A stretch of 64,000 nt of DNA from Spirochaetia bacterium. GTDB taxonomy: Bacteria > Spirochaetota > Spirochaetia > WTKD01 > G963693115. The notes under the pieces were generated by a model, which searched no databases, was not told the origin of the DNA, and saw only the letters and a list, made by a program, of their open reading frames with translations. Below, one piece after another: positions 42,901 through 52,376 of this stretch (the first letter of the stretch is position 1; every line of letters starts with the position of its first letter). The position numbers and the translations under genes are program-made. The stretch covers positions 832,001 through 896,000 of the forward strand of contig CBDDCA010000006.1 of the NCBI GenBank assembly GCA_965226055.1, read 5' to 3'.

Positions 42901-45624
42901 GGTGTTAATTTTAAGCTCGCCTCTAATGCAAGTACTGATGCAGTTACTATAAGTAGTTTGCAACCAGGAGCATTATCAGGTGGTCAGATATCTAATGATG
43001 CAGGAACAATAACTGTTAACAGTAATGTAGATGTAGCAGGAACTGGTAAATACAGAGTATCTCTTACAGCTACAGGTTCTGCTGCTCCATATGTGGTACT
43101 GACAAAAGACGTAAGTATTACCATTCAGAAGAACGGTCTTTCTGGTGTGACACATGCATATAGTACAGGTTTTTCAGGAAATGTAATTAAAGTAGGGGAT
43201 ACAGAGGTAACAGGAACAGTGAATATGACAAATCTCCCTGCTACTCCAAATGACTATACTACACAAGTATTACAAAAGGGTAAATTACTCCTTGGTACTT
43301 CAATAATAGATGTATCAGCCCCAAGTGATAGCCCAGAAAGATTTATTATCGCAGCAGATCCAAAGGCAGCAGATAAAGGTCCATATACATTAATTCTTAC
43401 TCCAAACGCTGCACTATCAAAGTCAGTATCAGGAAGTTATGAGATTAACTTTGACGTAACTGCAAAAGGCTTAACTTCTTTTTCTTATGCTAGTTCACCA
43501 TTCAACATTAGGAAAGGGACTGCAATATCTAGTGCAACAGTGTCTGTGGCAAGTGGTGCTACTCATCCTAATGGAGGAAAATTTTCAATATCTCCTGCTC
43601 TTCCAGACGGCTTAAGTATTGCTGAGGCTACAGGAGCAATAACAGGAACACCATCAGCATATCAAGAAGCAACAGAATACACTGTTACATATACCCCTGC
43701 CGATACTAGTACACATACAGTATCTACCACTAAAATTTCGATTAAAGTTGCAGCAAGTGTTACATATAATGGTTCACCATTTACATTTGTAAAAGGTACA
43801 AGTGTTGGTTCTAGCAACACAGTAACCGTCAACCCTTCTGCTTCAGGTACATATAGCGTGAGTTCAAAAACTCCTCTTCCTGCAGGATTGAGTGTAAATT
43901 CTGGTACAGGAGCAATAGAAGGAACACCTACTGAACCAAAAGCACAAGCTGATTATACAATAGAGTTTGATCCTACTACTGCAGGTCAGCCTAATGTTTC
44001 TGCTACTGTGAGAATTACAGTACAAGGAATAAGCTATGCTAATGCTAGCTATACATTTGTAAAAGGTACTCAGATTACTAATCAATCGGTAACAAAGGTA
44101 GGAACAACTTCTGCAGGAGCATTTAGTGTAAGTCCTAGTCTTCCAGCTGGATTAAGTTTAGCTGGTAATACTGGAGTAATAAGTGGAACACCTACTGCAG
44201 CCGCAGCCGCAGCTAATTATGTGATAACATTTAATCCTACTCCTGGTGGTGAAGCTAATCTTACTACTACTATAAGCATTACAGTACAAGGAATAAACTA
44301 TTCTAGTGCTAGTTATTCTTTTATAAAAGGTAGTGCGATTACTAATCAATCGGTAACAAAGGTAGGAACAACTTCTGCAGGAGCATTTAGTGTAAGTCCT
44401 AGTCTTCCAGCTGGATTAAGTTTAGCTAGTGATACTGGAGTAATAAGTGGAACACCTACTGCATTATCAGCAGCAGCTAATTATACGATAACATTTGATC
44501 CTACTCCTAGTGGTGAGTCTAATCTTACTGTTATTGTTAGCATTGCAGTAATACAAAGAATAAGCTATGCTAATGCACCATTTACATTTGTAAGAGGTAG
44601 TGCGATTTCTAATCAATCAGTAACAAAAGAAGGAACAACTTCTGCAGGAGCATTTAGTGTAAGTCCTAGTCTTCCAAATGGATTAAGTTTAGCTGGTAAT
44701 ACTGGAGTAATAAGTGGAACACCTACTGCAGCCGCAGTCGCAGCTAATTATGTGATAACATTTAATCCTACTCCTAGTGGTGAAGCTAATCTTACTACTA
44801 CTATAAGCATTACAGTACAAGGAATAAGCTATTCTAGTGCTAGTTATTCTTTTATAAAAGGTAGTGCGATTACTAATCAATCGGTAACAAAGGTAGGAAC
44901 AACTTCTGCAGGAGTATTTAGTGTAAGTCCTAATCTTCCAACTGGATTAAGTTTAGCTAGTGATACTGGAGTAATAAGTGGAACACCTACTGCATTATCA
45001 GCAGCAGCTAATTATACGATAACATTTAATCCTACTCCTAGTGGTGAGTCTAATCTTACTGTTATTGTTAGTATTGCAGTAATACAAAGAATACGCTATG
45101 CTAATGCACCATTTACATTTGTAAGAGGTAGTGCGATTTCTAATCAATCAGTAACAAAAGAAGGAACAACTTCTGCAGGAGCATTTAGTGTAAATCCTAG
45201 TCTTCCATCTGGATTAAGTTTAGCTAGTAATACTGGAGTAATAAGTGGAACACCTACTGTAGCCGCAGCAGCAGCTAATTATGTGATAACATTTAATCCT
45301 ACTCCTAATGGTGAATCTAATCTTACTACTACTATAAGCATTACAGTACAAGGAATAAGCTATACTGGTAGCCCTTATACTTTTACAGACGGTAGTGCGA
45401 TTAGTGCAAAAACAGTAACAAAGACAGGAACAAGCTCTGCAGGTCAATTTAGTATAAGTCCAAATCTGACTACTAATACAGGTTTAGTTTTTAATACTAC
45501 TACAGGACAAATATCAGGAACTCCAAATAAAACGAGTTCTCGAACAACATATACGATAACATTTAATCCTACTCCTAGTGGTGAATCTAATCTTACTACT
45601 ACTATTCAAGTTACAGTCAATTAA
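39976..45624 (+). CDS. Large surface lipoprotein with FN3-like N-terminal domains and about eight C-terminal putative Ig domains
   Basis: SD AAGGAG, lipobox FAGC, Ser linker, repeated SPSLPAGLSL...TGVISGTPT. Confidence 0.88.
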   Translation: MKKSLFQKSPLWLLLPITIISLVFAGCSSDSSDSGGSSSSITGLSYVTVASGTGANVDVSFVAPPEADAVKIVATPTSEGLNSPLDSILGSVLSSFEEAKTVTVTVPRSQFVSSSSSGAISKIILKGLRSYTSYSFNVYAVSESGESSAVSNLPEVAIPVVTTAPQDVISQSDVSILLEEDKSIKLKWDTNRIQAGLVDFTKVRFSVHTAGDTEIAVYNVDDLSAGEVTLSDINTIDPATYTVKAIYTSANGIPSAKKMVINLVPSKLKSDIQAIAGLKVEAKNKANSADADEALYISWTSYDYSAAKAGTKIAVTVSVGKFPIKTVIVNNASVTDINKAVPVAAGRTVFFPTKNAIWVSNLYGTKTYNVSVVVHDDYGSMSSAMTASAKTTDTQTEPVTGVIGRPLGNSIVATWSVPNIGDYVGVNVRLLDTADAVKPTDDDPDKNVVSTLEIRGDTILRAVFNDVKEGVYRVAVATVDATGNVSKQGDKDLFVESTVDATIASDAKKDTTAPPAPTLATNYPKYYYKANGTEVDVVLQLSFAPSNNFALQDVKSATVILSKKEGKDTAAATAATASVVSTSTYEPSTGFFMTLRNLKRDTASLVTKYTATIYYTDVFGNGDGTVAANRLDQALSFDAVSTAPQKSEVAFTNTPKGNNLYGIEIASSVSGYDNGVPLIKATVTFSSGKRLLALYGSDETVPIAAKQLDTTGSVYFGEKDGISFPEGTENTGKTAIESGGMTYKAKLFEVYNSGLYSQATALDDITVADIVSTAPEAAEIEGVTGDASTSTLIFNETTGELTVPFKESSGTAAKDPSNNNVAPNKVLYKVYATTESVSGSTADDKIKNIKDIANVRMAQVQGTNAGADRTVKFFGFSADDKDATFTVAIEAINTFNTSFSNNVTATGKAQQKTATALGSDASFSYAGNGDPKVANTYVFPYSSSSKTETIAKPTLASLTIPSGATLTKFTLTYVSGVNFKLASNASTDAVTISSLQPGALSGGQISNDAGTITVNSNVDVAGTGKYRVSLTATGSAAPYVVLTKDVSITIQKNGLSGVTHAYSTGFSGNVIKVGDTEVTGTVNMTNLPATPNDYTTQVLQKGKLLLGTSIIDVSAPSDSPERFIIAADPKAADKGPYTLILTPNAALSKSVSGSYEINFDVTAKGLTSFSYASSPFNIRKGTAISSATVSVASGATHPNGGKFSISPALPDGLSIAEATGAITGTPSAYQEATEYTVTYTPADTSTHTVSTTKISIKVAASVTYNGSPFTFVKGTSVGSSNTVTVNPSASGTYSVSSKTPLPAGLSVNSGTGAIEGTPTEPKAQADYTIEFDPTTAGQPNVSATVRITVQGISYANASYTFVKGTQITNQSVTKVGTTSAGAFSVSPSLPAGLSLAGNTGVISGTPTAAAAAANYVITFNPTPGGEANLTTTISITVQGINYSSASYSFIKGSAITNQSVTKVGTTSAGAFSVSPSLPAGLSLASDTGVISGTPTALSAAANYTITFDPTPSGESNLTVIVSIAVIQRISYANAPFTFVRGSAISNQSVTKEGTTSAGAFSVSPSLPNGLSLAGNTGVISGTPTAAAVAANYVITFNPTPSGEANLTTTISITVQGISYSSASYSFIKGSAITNQSVTKVGTTSAGVFSVSPNLPTGLSLASDTGVISGTPTALSAAANYTITFNPTPSGESNLTVIVSIAVIQRIRYANAPFTFVRGSAISNQSVTKEGTTSAGAFSVNPSLPSGLSLASNTGVISGTPTVAAAAANYVITFNPTPNGESNLTTTISITVQGISYTGSPYTFTDGSAISAKTVTKTGTSSAGQFSISPNLTTNTGLVFNTTTGQISGTPNKTSSRTTYTITFNPTPSGESNLTTTIQVTVN
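44029..45354 (+). repeat. 531-bp tandem duplication (2.5 copies of a two-Ig unit)
   Basis: Units start at 44029, 44560 and 45091 with near-identical DNA. Confidence 0.9.
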
Positions 45625-45666
45625 CCAATACTGAAGTTCAGAAGAGTATAGATACTCTTCTCAAGC

Positions 45667-45700
45667 AAAAAAGCCAGTGCATTATGCACTGGCTTTTTTT
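45667..45700 (+). terminator. Intrinsic terminator (bidirectional type)
   Basis: aaaaaagccagtgcat-tatgcactggcttttttt. Confidence 0.85.
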
Positions 45701-45789
45701 ATAGACAATTATATGTCTTATTGATGATACTCATTACACTATGAGTACATTGATTTTTCCCATATATAATTATCACAGCCTTTACTCAT

Positions 45790-45856
45790 AAAAAAACCCG
45801 CAGTATACTGCGGGTATGATTTGTAACTATGTAAATAGCTATCCTCAACCTATATA
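45790..45856 (-). ncRNA. Candidate small RNA of about 65-70 nt
   Basis: TTGACA (45890-45885) with TATATT/TATTCT at 16/18 nt; terminator acccgcag-tata-ctgcgggt plus T-tract; no ORF. Confidence 0.5.
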
Positions 45857-45900
45857 CATAAGAATATAAAAAAAAATTTTTTTTTGTCAAATAGTGTGTA

Positions 45901-45929
45901 TTGACATATAATGACAAACATACTATGAT
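45901..45929 (+). promoter_or_regulatory. Predicted sigma70 promoter of groES
   Basis: TTGACA-17 nt-TATGAT. Confidence 0.72.
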
Positions 45930-45973
45930 ATAAACATACAATAAAAAATTATACTTAACATTAGGAGGATAAG

Positions 45974-46240
45974 ATGAAAGTAACTCCCCTTGGAGATAGA
46001 GTGTTATTAAAAATAGCTCCCGAAGAAAGTACTACAAAAGGTGGTATTATAATTCCTGATACTGCAAGAGAAAAAACACAGACAGGAACAGTAGTATCTA
46101 TTGGTGATAGTTCTGATATTAAACAAGTAAAAGTTGGGAACAAAGTTATTTACGATAAGTATGCAGGTTCTCAAATTGAAATAGATTCAGTAGAGCATTT
46201 AGTCATTGCTTTCAAGGATATTTTAGCTATTGTTGAATAA
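45974..46240 (+). CDS. groES: Co-chaperonin GroES (monocistronic)
   Basis: PLGDRVL, TKGGIIIPDTAREK, DILAIVE; SD AGGAGG. Confidence 0.96.
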   Translation: MKVTPLGDRVLLKIAPEESTTKGGIIIPDTAREKTQTGTVVSIGDSSDIKQVKVGNKVIYDKYAGSQIEIDSVEHLVIAFKDILAIVE

Positions 46241-46274
46241 CAGTTACTACAATAAATAATTGTATATCTATTGT

Positions 46275-46311
46275 AAAGCACCCTTTTTCTTATGAGAGAG
46301 GGTGTTTTTTT
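46275..46311 (+). terminator. Intrinsic terminator between groES and aroA
   Basis: caccctttttct...gagagagggtg followed by T7. Confidence 0.7.
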
Positions 46312-46333
46312 AAACACTATCATGTATAGAGAG

Positions 46334-47746
46334 TTAGGTCTGTATAACATTGTAGGTAGCACCTAGTGTTTTTAGCGTGGCATAAAAGGTAGGGTATGTT
46401 ATTTCAGCAACAGTATAGTCCTGTATAGTTATGCCTTTTTGAGAGCGGAGGGCTGCTATTGCAAACGCCATAGCAATACGATGATCTCCATGTGAATGGA
46501 TAGTTCCGCCTTGTATGGTGGATGGATATATTGTCATACCGTCCGCATGTTCTTGGCATTGTACTCCTAATTGAGTCAGTTCTTTGGTCATTATTGCAAT
46601 TCTATCAGTTTCTTTTATGCGTGCATGGGCAACCCCAGTAAAGGTGATGGGCTGTTTTGCAAAACAGGCGCATACGGCAAGTATGGGTAACGAGTCAGGA
46701 ATGTCTTGTAAATTAAATGTTCCGCCTGATAGTTGAGGAAGCTGATGACTGTGCTGTGTTTCTGTTTTTTTAGAAAGACTCCATCCTCCTTGCGAGTTTT
46801 GATGCCAGTAAAAATGAATTCCCATATGCTTAAGAATAGCAAGTATTTTTTTGTCTGCTTGTATGTCATCTTTGTCAAGTCCAGTAATAGTGATAGTATC
46901 GTTAAAGAGTGCAGTAGCACATATAAAAAAAGCAGCAGAAGAATAATCTCCACTGATAGTAGTATGAAAAGGAGCTATGGATGAAGAGCCTTGTATAGTA
47001 AACGAGCGATACTGTTTTTGATTCTGTACTGGTACGTGAAAGCGTTCTAGCCATTGTAATGTCATATCAATGTAAGGAAACTCTCCGTTTAGTTCTGCGT
47101 GTATGGTGCTTTTGTTCTCAAGAAAAGAGAGAGCTATGAGTAAAGCTGAGAGATATTGGCTGGTGGGACAGGAGAGAGATACATTGCCTGCTTGTATGGG
47201 ACCTGTAATACTGTAAGGGGCATAATACTGTTTTTCTGTGGTATTGTGATATGTTATCGTTGCTCCCAACTGTTTTAGTGCAACAAGGAGGTCTTTGGCA
47301 CTGCGTTTTTGTATAGAAGCGTCTCCTGTAAAGTATACGGGGGTGTTTCCTAGCGCTGCGAGAGCGGTTGCAAGGTACAAAGTGGTGCCACTGTTTCCTA
47401 CATCAATAGTAATGCTGTTGTTTGAGCGTATGGTGTGTTTTTTTGTGTTTGATTGTGTACGGGCTAAGTGAGAGTTAAACTGTAAATTATGGAGTCCAGG
47501 ACTGTCTATTGTTATGGATTGCCCTAATATGGTGCTTTTTACTCCCCATGCTGTGAGTACATTGATGCAGCTTACTGTGTCTCCTGATAGGAGGATGTTA
47601 TTGATAGTGCTTGATCCTTTTGCCATTGCAGCAAGTAATAAAGCGCGGATGCTATGGCTTTTTGAGCTTGGCACTGCTATAGTGCCTGAGAGAGAGGTGT
47701 GTTTTATGGGAGCAATAAATAATGAAGAAGTATTGGTATGTTCCAT
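46334..47746 (-). CDS. aroA: 3-phosphoshikimate 1-carboxyvinyltransferase
   Basis: PSSKSH, GNSGT, SQYLSALL, GDYSSAAF, RIKETDR, DHRIAM. Confidence 0.95.
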   Translation of the reverse strand: MEHTNTSSLFIAPIKHTSLSGTIAVPSSKSHSIRALLLAAMAKGSSTINNILLSGDTVSCINVLTAWGVKSTILGQSITIDSPGLHNLQFNSHLARTQSNTKKHTIRSNNSITIDVGNSGTTLYLATALAALGNTPVYFTGDASIQKRSAKDLLVALKQLGATITYHNTTEKQYYAPYSITGPIQAGNVSLSCPTSQYLSALLIALSFLENKSTIHAELNGEFPYIDMTLQWLERFHVPVQNQKQYRSFTIQGSSSIAPFHTTISGDYSSAAFFICATALFNDTITITGLDKDDIQADKKILAILKHMGIHFYWHQNSQGGWSLSKKTETQHSHQLPQLSGGTFNLQDIPDSLPILAVCACFAKQPITFTGVAHARIKETDRIAIMTKELTQLGVQCQEHADGMTIYPSTIQGGTIHSHGDHRIAMAFAIAALRSQKGITIQDYTVAEITYPTFYATLKTLGATYNVIQT

Positions 47747-47776
47747 TCTATTGTGTGTTTTGTTTATGCTAGGTTG

Positions 47777-49180
47777 TTATATCATAGTGTTTGGATCTAG
47801 TAATGTTTCTACTTCGTTTTTTTCTAATATGTTTTCTTCTAAAATGACTTCTCTGATAGTTCGTTTTTCGTGGTATGCTTTGTGAGCAAGTGCTGCTGCT
47901 TTATCATATCCAATTTTTAATGCAAGTGGGGTAACAAGTGCAAGCGATTGTTCTATCCAATAGTTACTTCGTTGTGCGTCAGCAGTGATGCCTGCAATAC
48001 ATTTGTTTTGTAAGACTGCGCATGTGTTGCCTGCAAGCTCTAATGCACTGATACATTCATGTGAAATAACAGGATACATCATAATAAGTTGTAAGGGTCC
48101 GTTTTGTGCTCCTATGCGTACTGTTTCTGCTTTGCCTAATAGATGAGCTGCAGATTGTATAGTCATTTCGGGAATAACAGGATTTATTTTTCCTGGCATG
48201 ATTGAGGAGCCTGGCTGTAGTTCGGGTAATACTATTTCAGCTAATGAGGTGCGAGGCCCACTTGCTAATAGGCGTATATCATTTGCTATTTTTATGAGTG
48301 CTGTTGCCAACACTGATATAGCTCCCATAAGACTTACAAAGGCTTCTGCTCCTGCCATGCGAGCAAATTTGTTTTCTGCAGAAGTAAAGGAAGTATGTGT
48401 GTCGTGTACTAAAGATTGTATAAATTGTTCTGGAAAATGTTTTGCACAGTTTAATCCTGTGCCTACTGCTGTTCCTCCTTGTGGGAGTTCGGAAAGATCT
48501 TGTTTACAACGAATAAGCTGTGTTTTTGCAAAATCAAGCTGGGAAGCAAACGCTGAAAATTCTTGTCCTAAGGTCATAGGTACGGCATCTTGAAGATGGG
48601 TACGTCCAATTTTTATGATATTTGAAAATTCTTTGCTTTTTGTAGTGCATCCGTCAATAAGAGAATGGAGTTGTGTAATACATGTTTCTAGCTGTAATCG
48701 ACATGCAATGTAAATTGCAGTAGGAATCGTGTCATTGGAAGATTGCCCTCTATTGACATGGTCGTTGGGGTGTACTTTACGAGAAGCTATATAGTGTTCT
48801 GTGTTTCTATCAAGTCCAAGTATTTCGTTTGAACGGTTGGCTATCACTTCGTTTATGTTCATGTTCCATGAAGTGCCGCTTCCTGTTTGCATTACATCAA
48901 TGGGAAAGTGATCGTTAAATTTTCCTGCTATTACTTCATCTGCACTTTGTATAATGGCATGTGCTATTTCATCATCAATAGTATGTAAGGATTGGTTGGC
49001 TTTTGCTGCATGCTTTTTGATTAAGGCTAATGCTTTAATCATCTGCGGATGAATGCGTAAAGGTGAGATTGCAAAGTTTTCTGTTGCTCGTTGGGTTTGT
49101 GCTCCCCAATATGCAGTTTTGGGGACCTGCATTTCGCCCATAGAGTCTTTTTCTATTCTGTAGTTTTGTTCTGTTGTCAT
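47777..49180 (-). CDS. fumC: Class II fumarate hydratase
   Basis: RIEKDSMG, WGAQTQR, QTGSGT, GRTHLQDA, GSSIMPGKINP. Confidence 0.93.
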   Translation of the reverse strand: MTTEQNYRIEKDSMGEMQVPKTAYWGAQTQRATENFAISPLRIHPQMIKALALIKKHAAKANQSLHTIDDEIAHAIIQSADEVIAGKFNDHFPIDVMQTGSGTSWNMNINEVIANRSNEILGLDRNTEHYIASRKVHPNDHVNRGQSSNDTIPTAIYIACRLQLETCITQLHSLIDGCTTKSKEFSNIIKIGRTHLQDAVPMTLGQEFSAFASQLDFAKTQLIRCKQDLSELPQGGTAVGTGLNCAKHFPEQFIQSLVHDTHTSFTSAENKFARMAGAEAFVSLMGAISVLATALIKIANDIRLLASGPRTSLAEIVLPELQPGSSIMPGKINPVIPEMTIQSAAHLLGKAETVRIGAQNGPLQLIMMYPVISHECISALELAGNTCAVLQNKCIAGITADAQRSNYWIEQSLALVTPLALKIGYDKAAALAHKAYHEKRTIREVILEENILEKNEVETLLDPNTMI

Positions 49181-49286
49181 TGTGTGTTCCTTTCTTTTTT
49201 TGTTACGGCTACTCTCTATTATAGCAAATAGAGAGAGAACATTGTATGTGTGTGGTGTTTGTAATACAAGAGGGTATTATATAGAT

Positions 49287-50195
49287 TTATTCACTGAGCT
49301 GTAAAAATGCTTCACCTCTGTTGTTTTCAATTATCTTGTACACTTGACTGTAGCTAAATGTCATCATACAAATATGATGTATGCTCAGTACTGCTTCTTG
49401 TAATTCTTGATTATTTTCAAGCATTGTTATGTTTAATTTACATTTTTTTGTAAGGGTACTTGCAGAGTACTGTCTATTATGTGCGTATGTTGTTTCATGT
49501 GATCCGAGAAATTTTATAATATCTCCTATCTTGTTTTTTGCTTCATTATCATCCTTAAACATATTTGAATATAACCAAGTTGTGATAAGTTCTTTTGACC
49601 ATGCAATAGCTTTTTCGCATTCCCCTAATAATGTTGGGTTATATTTATTTAAGATATATCCCCAAATATGTATAAGGCTTTGGTTATCTTCAATTTCTTC
49701 TTTTGCTTTTTTGAATTCTTCAAGAATACCTTGTGCAGATGTTATGCCTATTTGTGGATCAAAGGGACCTATGCTTGAATGTTTTCCCATAATAATTTCT
49801 TTTGATGCCATAGTAATCATAGTACCTGCGGACATGGCGAGTTGTGGAATTATTGTACGAATATCATTACCAAACATGTCTTTTAGGTAGTGAACTAAAG
49901 ATTCAGTTGCTGCTAAATCACCTCCGGGAGTATGCAGTATTAAGTCAAGCCCGTTGTCTCTATTAAGTCCCTTGATAGTGGTCATAAATCCTATTTTATC
50001 TTTATCATTTATGCTGTTATCATTGTTACTTTTATTATTAAAAAAATCTGAGTAGTATACTATTGTATTTCTTTTTGTAATATCAGATAAACGCTTTATA
50101 TATTCTTTTCGTTTTCTATCAATAATATCAATACTTTCAGTATTTCTAGAGAGTTCTTCTATGATTTCTTTTTCTATTTCATTCCAAGAAGGCAT
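49287..50195 (-). CDS. SDH-family Clp-fold serine protease
   Basis: LDLILHTPGG, AMSAGT (Ser), GPFDPQ (Asp), AHNR (His). Confidence 0.85.
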   Translation of the reverse strand: MPSWNEIEKEIIEELSRNTESIDIIDRKRKEYIKRLSDITKRNTIVYYSDFFNNKSNNDNSINDKDKIGFMTTIKGLNRDNGLDLILHTPGGDLAATESLVHYLKDMFGNDIRTIIPQLAMSAGTMITMASKEIIMGKHSSIGPFDPQIGITSAQGILEEFKKAKEEIEDNQSLIHIWGYILNKYNPTLLGECEKAIAWSKELITTWLYSNMFKDDNEAKNKIGDIIKFLGSHETTYAHNRQYSASTLTKKCKLNITMLENNQELQEAVLSIHHICMMTFSYSQVYKIIENNRGEAFLQLSE

Positions 50196-50197
50196 TT

Positions 50198-50482
50198 TTA
50201 TATTTTTGGTAAAGGGCGAGAGCTACCTGATAGTCGAGTGATAGGCTGCCTTGTTTGAGGTGCGGGAGAGATTCTTGGTAAAGGGCGAGAGCTACCTGAT
50301 AGTCGAGTGATAGGCTGTCGTGTGTGAGGTGCAGGAGAGGTTCCTGGTAAAGGGCGAGAGCTACCTGATAGCCGAGTGATAGGCTGTCGTGTATGAGGTG
50401 CAGGAGAAGAATTATTTTGTGTAAGAGACGCTGTTTCATGGAATGAATGAAAATTTTTTGATATTGTTGTTTCTTTTTTCAT
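50198..50482 (-). CDS. 94-aa peptide with three 23-aa repeats
   Basis: SD AAGGAG plus ATG; SPAP(H/Q)TRQPITRLSGSSRPLPxx x3; stop codon 2 nt before the protease ATG. Confidence 0.72.
   Translation of the reverse strand: MKKETTISKNFHSFHETASLTQNNSSPAPHTRQPITRLSGSSRPLPGTSPAPHTRQPITRLSGSSRPLPRISPAPQTRQPITRLSGSSRPLPKI
50201..50407. repeat. 69-bp tandem repeat x3
   Basis: tggtaaagggcgagagctacctgatag at 50207, 50276 and 50345. Confidence 0.93.
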
Positions 50483-50659
50483 ATAAAACTCCTTATATAT
50501 GTATTATAGTATACTCGGTTATTTTTTTGTTGTTATTCAATATGCTTGTTTTTTATGGGGTGTTTGGGAGACGCAATGAAATCATACTGTAGTTCCCCAT
50601 ATATTTGCTATAATAATGGTATAATATACATAAATACATGACTAAGAGGGTACAGCACT

Positions 50660-51244
50660 ATGAGTGAAATAAAATCAGCCTATGAAAAAGCGATGGAACG
50701 ATTTCAAGATGTGAAAGCAGATAAAAAATCGCTTAAACGAAAACAGATTATAGATAAAGGGCGTTCCTTGTGTGGAAGGTTTCTTAATGCAGAGAATGTT
50801 GACTTACAAGCAGAAATTGATACCTATAGTGAAGAAGAACGAGATTGGTTTCGCTATGGAGTAGGAGAAGCGATATTAAGTCGTATCATTCTTCCGAGCA
50901 CAAAAATGAATACTGATTTTGTCGATCCTATTATAAAAGCCACAATGATAGTGTCTGCACAGGCTGCTGTTGCAGAACAGTTGCTAAAACAGTATCAGCA
51001 ACTGTGTCAACAATATATAGATGAGCGACTAAAGTTTTCTGAGCAAATGGAAATGCAAATGCAACAGATGATGCAACAGCACGGTGCAGCGTTACAAAAT
51101 GAGCAGCAACGTTTAGCGTTTCAGCAAAAAATGGTAAAAAGTATGCAAGAACAGTTACAGCAGCTTGAAGATCAGTTTGCTCCTGCAGTGGATAAAGTAA
51201 AATCAAATTTACGACAACTTCTTGGAACGTGGATAGAAAAGTAG
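50660..51244 (+). CDS. Conserved hypothetical helical protein (IKSAYEKAMER type, seen in spirochaetes)
   Basis: 194-aa ORF with Q-rich coiled-coil C-terminus, coupled to ychF. Confidence 0.75.
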   Translation: MSEIKSAYEKAMERFQDVKADKKSLKRKQIIDKGRSLCGRFLNAENVDLQAEIDTYSEEERDWFRYGVGEAILSRIILPSTKMNTDFVDPIIKATMIVSAQAAVAEQLLKQYQQLCQQYIDERLKFSEQMEMQMQQMMQQHGAALQNEQQRLAFQQKMVKSMQEQLQQLEDQFAPAVDKVKSNLRQLLGTWIEK

Positions 51245-51245
51245 T

Positions 51246-52352
51246 ATGCCTCTAAACTGTGGTATTGTTGGACTTCCTAATGTTGGAAAATCTTCTTTGT
51301 TTTCTGCATTGACATCTATAGCTGCTCCTATTGAAAATTATCCTTTCTGTACTATTGATCCAAATGTTGGGCTTGTTGAAATGCCAGATGAGCGAGTAGC
51401 AAAGTTGCACAGTATATATAAGCCACAGAAAACAATAGCCACTACCTGTGAGTTTGTGGATATTGCAGGTCTTGTAAAAGGTGCATCAAAAGGGGAAGGC
51501 TTAGGAAATAAATTTTTAGCAAATATTCGTGAAACAGGTATTGTTGCACATGTTCTTCGTTGTTTTGATGATACTACTATTACTCATGTAAGTGGTACTA
51601 TCAATCCTCTTGATGATATAGTTACTATCAATACTGAGCTTGCACTTGCTGATCTTGAAACGGTGCAAAAACAAAAGGATCGTATCGTAAAAGAAAAAAA
51701 AATAAAAAGTGCAGAGGTACAGAAGAAAATTGCTATAATGCATCCTCTTCTTGATAAATTGGAAGATGCTCTCAATAATTCAAAGCCTTTGTATACGCTT
51801 GAATACAGTGATGATGAGCAGACTGTGTTGCGTCAGTTACAACTGCTGCGTATGAAACCTATGATGTATGTATGTAATGTACCTGAAGATGAAGTACAAA
51901 CAGGTAATCAGTATACTACCATAGTGCAGGAGTATGCAAAAGAAGAGCAAAGTAGTGTATTGTATATTAGCGCAAAGTTTGAAGCAGAGCTTGCACAGTT
52001 TTCATCGGAAGAAAAAGATGAGTTCTTACAAAGTGTGGGAATACAACAGTCAAGTTTAGGACTGTTGATTAAAACAGCGTATACTATGTTAGGACTTCGT
52101 ACTTTTTTTACGGCAGGAGAAAAAGAAGTGCATGCATGGACATTTAAGGATGGGATGGTAGCACCAGAAGCTGCAGGTATTATACATAGTGATTTTCAAA
52201 AAGGGTTTATTCGTGCTGAAGTATTTTCGTATGATGATTTACTGGTATGTGGAAGTGAAGCAAATATACGAAATTCTGGTAAATTGCGTACTGAAGGAAA
52301 AGAGTATAGAGTGCAAGATGGGGATATTATGCATTTTCGGTTTAATGTATAA
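51246..52352 (+). CDS. ychF: Ribosome-binding ATPase YchF
   Basis: GLPNVGKS, NYPFCTIDPN, DIAGLVKGASKGEGLGN, FRFNV. Confidence 0.97.
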   Translation: MPLNCGIVGLPNVGKSSLFSALTSIAAPIENYPFCTIDPNVGLVEMPDERVAKLHSIYKPQKTIATTCEFVDIAGLVKGASKGEGLGNKFLANIRETGIVAHVLRCFDDTTITHVSGTINPLDDIVTINTELALADLETVQKQKDRIVKEKKIKSAEVQKKIAIMHPLLDKLEDALNNSKPLYTLEYSDDEQTVLRQLQLLRMKPMMYVCNVPEDEVQTGNQYTTIVQEYAKEEQSSVLYISAKFEAELAQFSSEEKDEFLQSVGIQQSSLGLLIKTAYTMLGLRTFFTAGEKEVHAWTFKDGMVAPEAAGIIHSDFQKGFIRAEVFSYDDLLVCGSEANIRNSGKLRTEGKEYRVQDGDIMHFRFNV

Positions 52353-52376
52353 AATACATAGAATAAAGAGGCGTAC

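Noticed and set aside
43864-45447. Repeated Cys/Ser-rich minus-strand ORFs
   Set aside because: Shadows of the 531-bp repeat in the lipoprotein gene, not RiPP precursors
45700-45973. CIRCE element upstream of groES
   Set aside because: No TTAGCACTC-N9-GAGTGCTAA found; the tactcat..atgagta inverted repeat at about 45728 does not match
50201-50407. CRISPR array
   Set aside because: Units are 69-bp near-identical tandem repeats without unique spacers, they stay in frame in an ORF, and there are no cas genes in the window
50179-50439. Alternative-frame 86-aa repeat ORF
   Set aside because: No SD; the 50482 frame has AAGGAG and ends neatly before the protease
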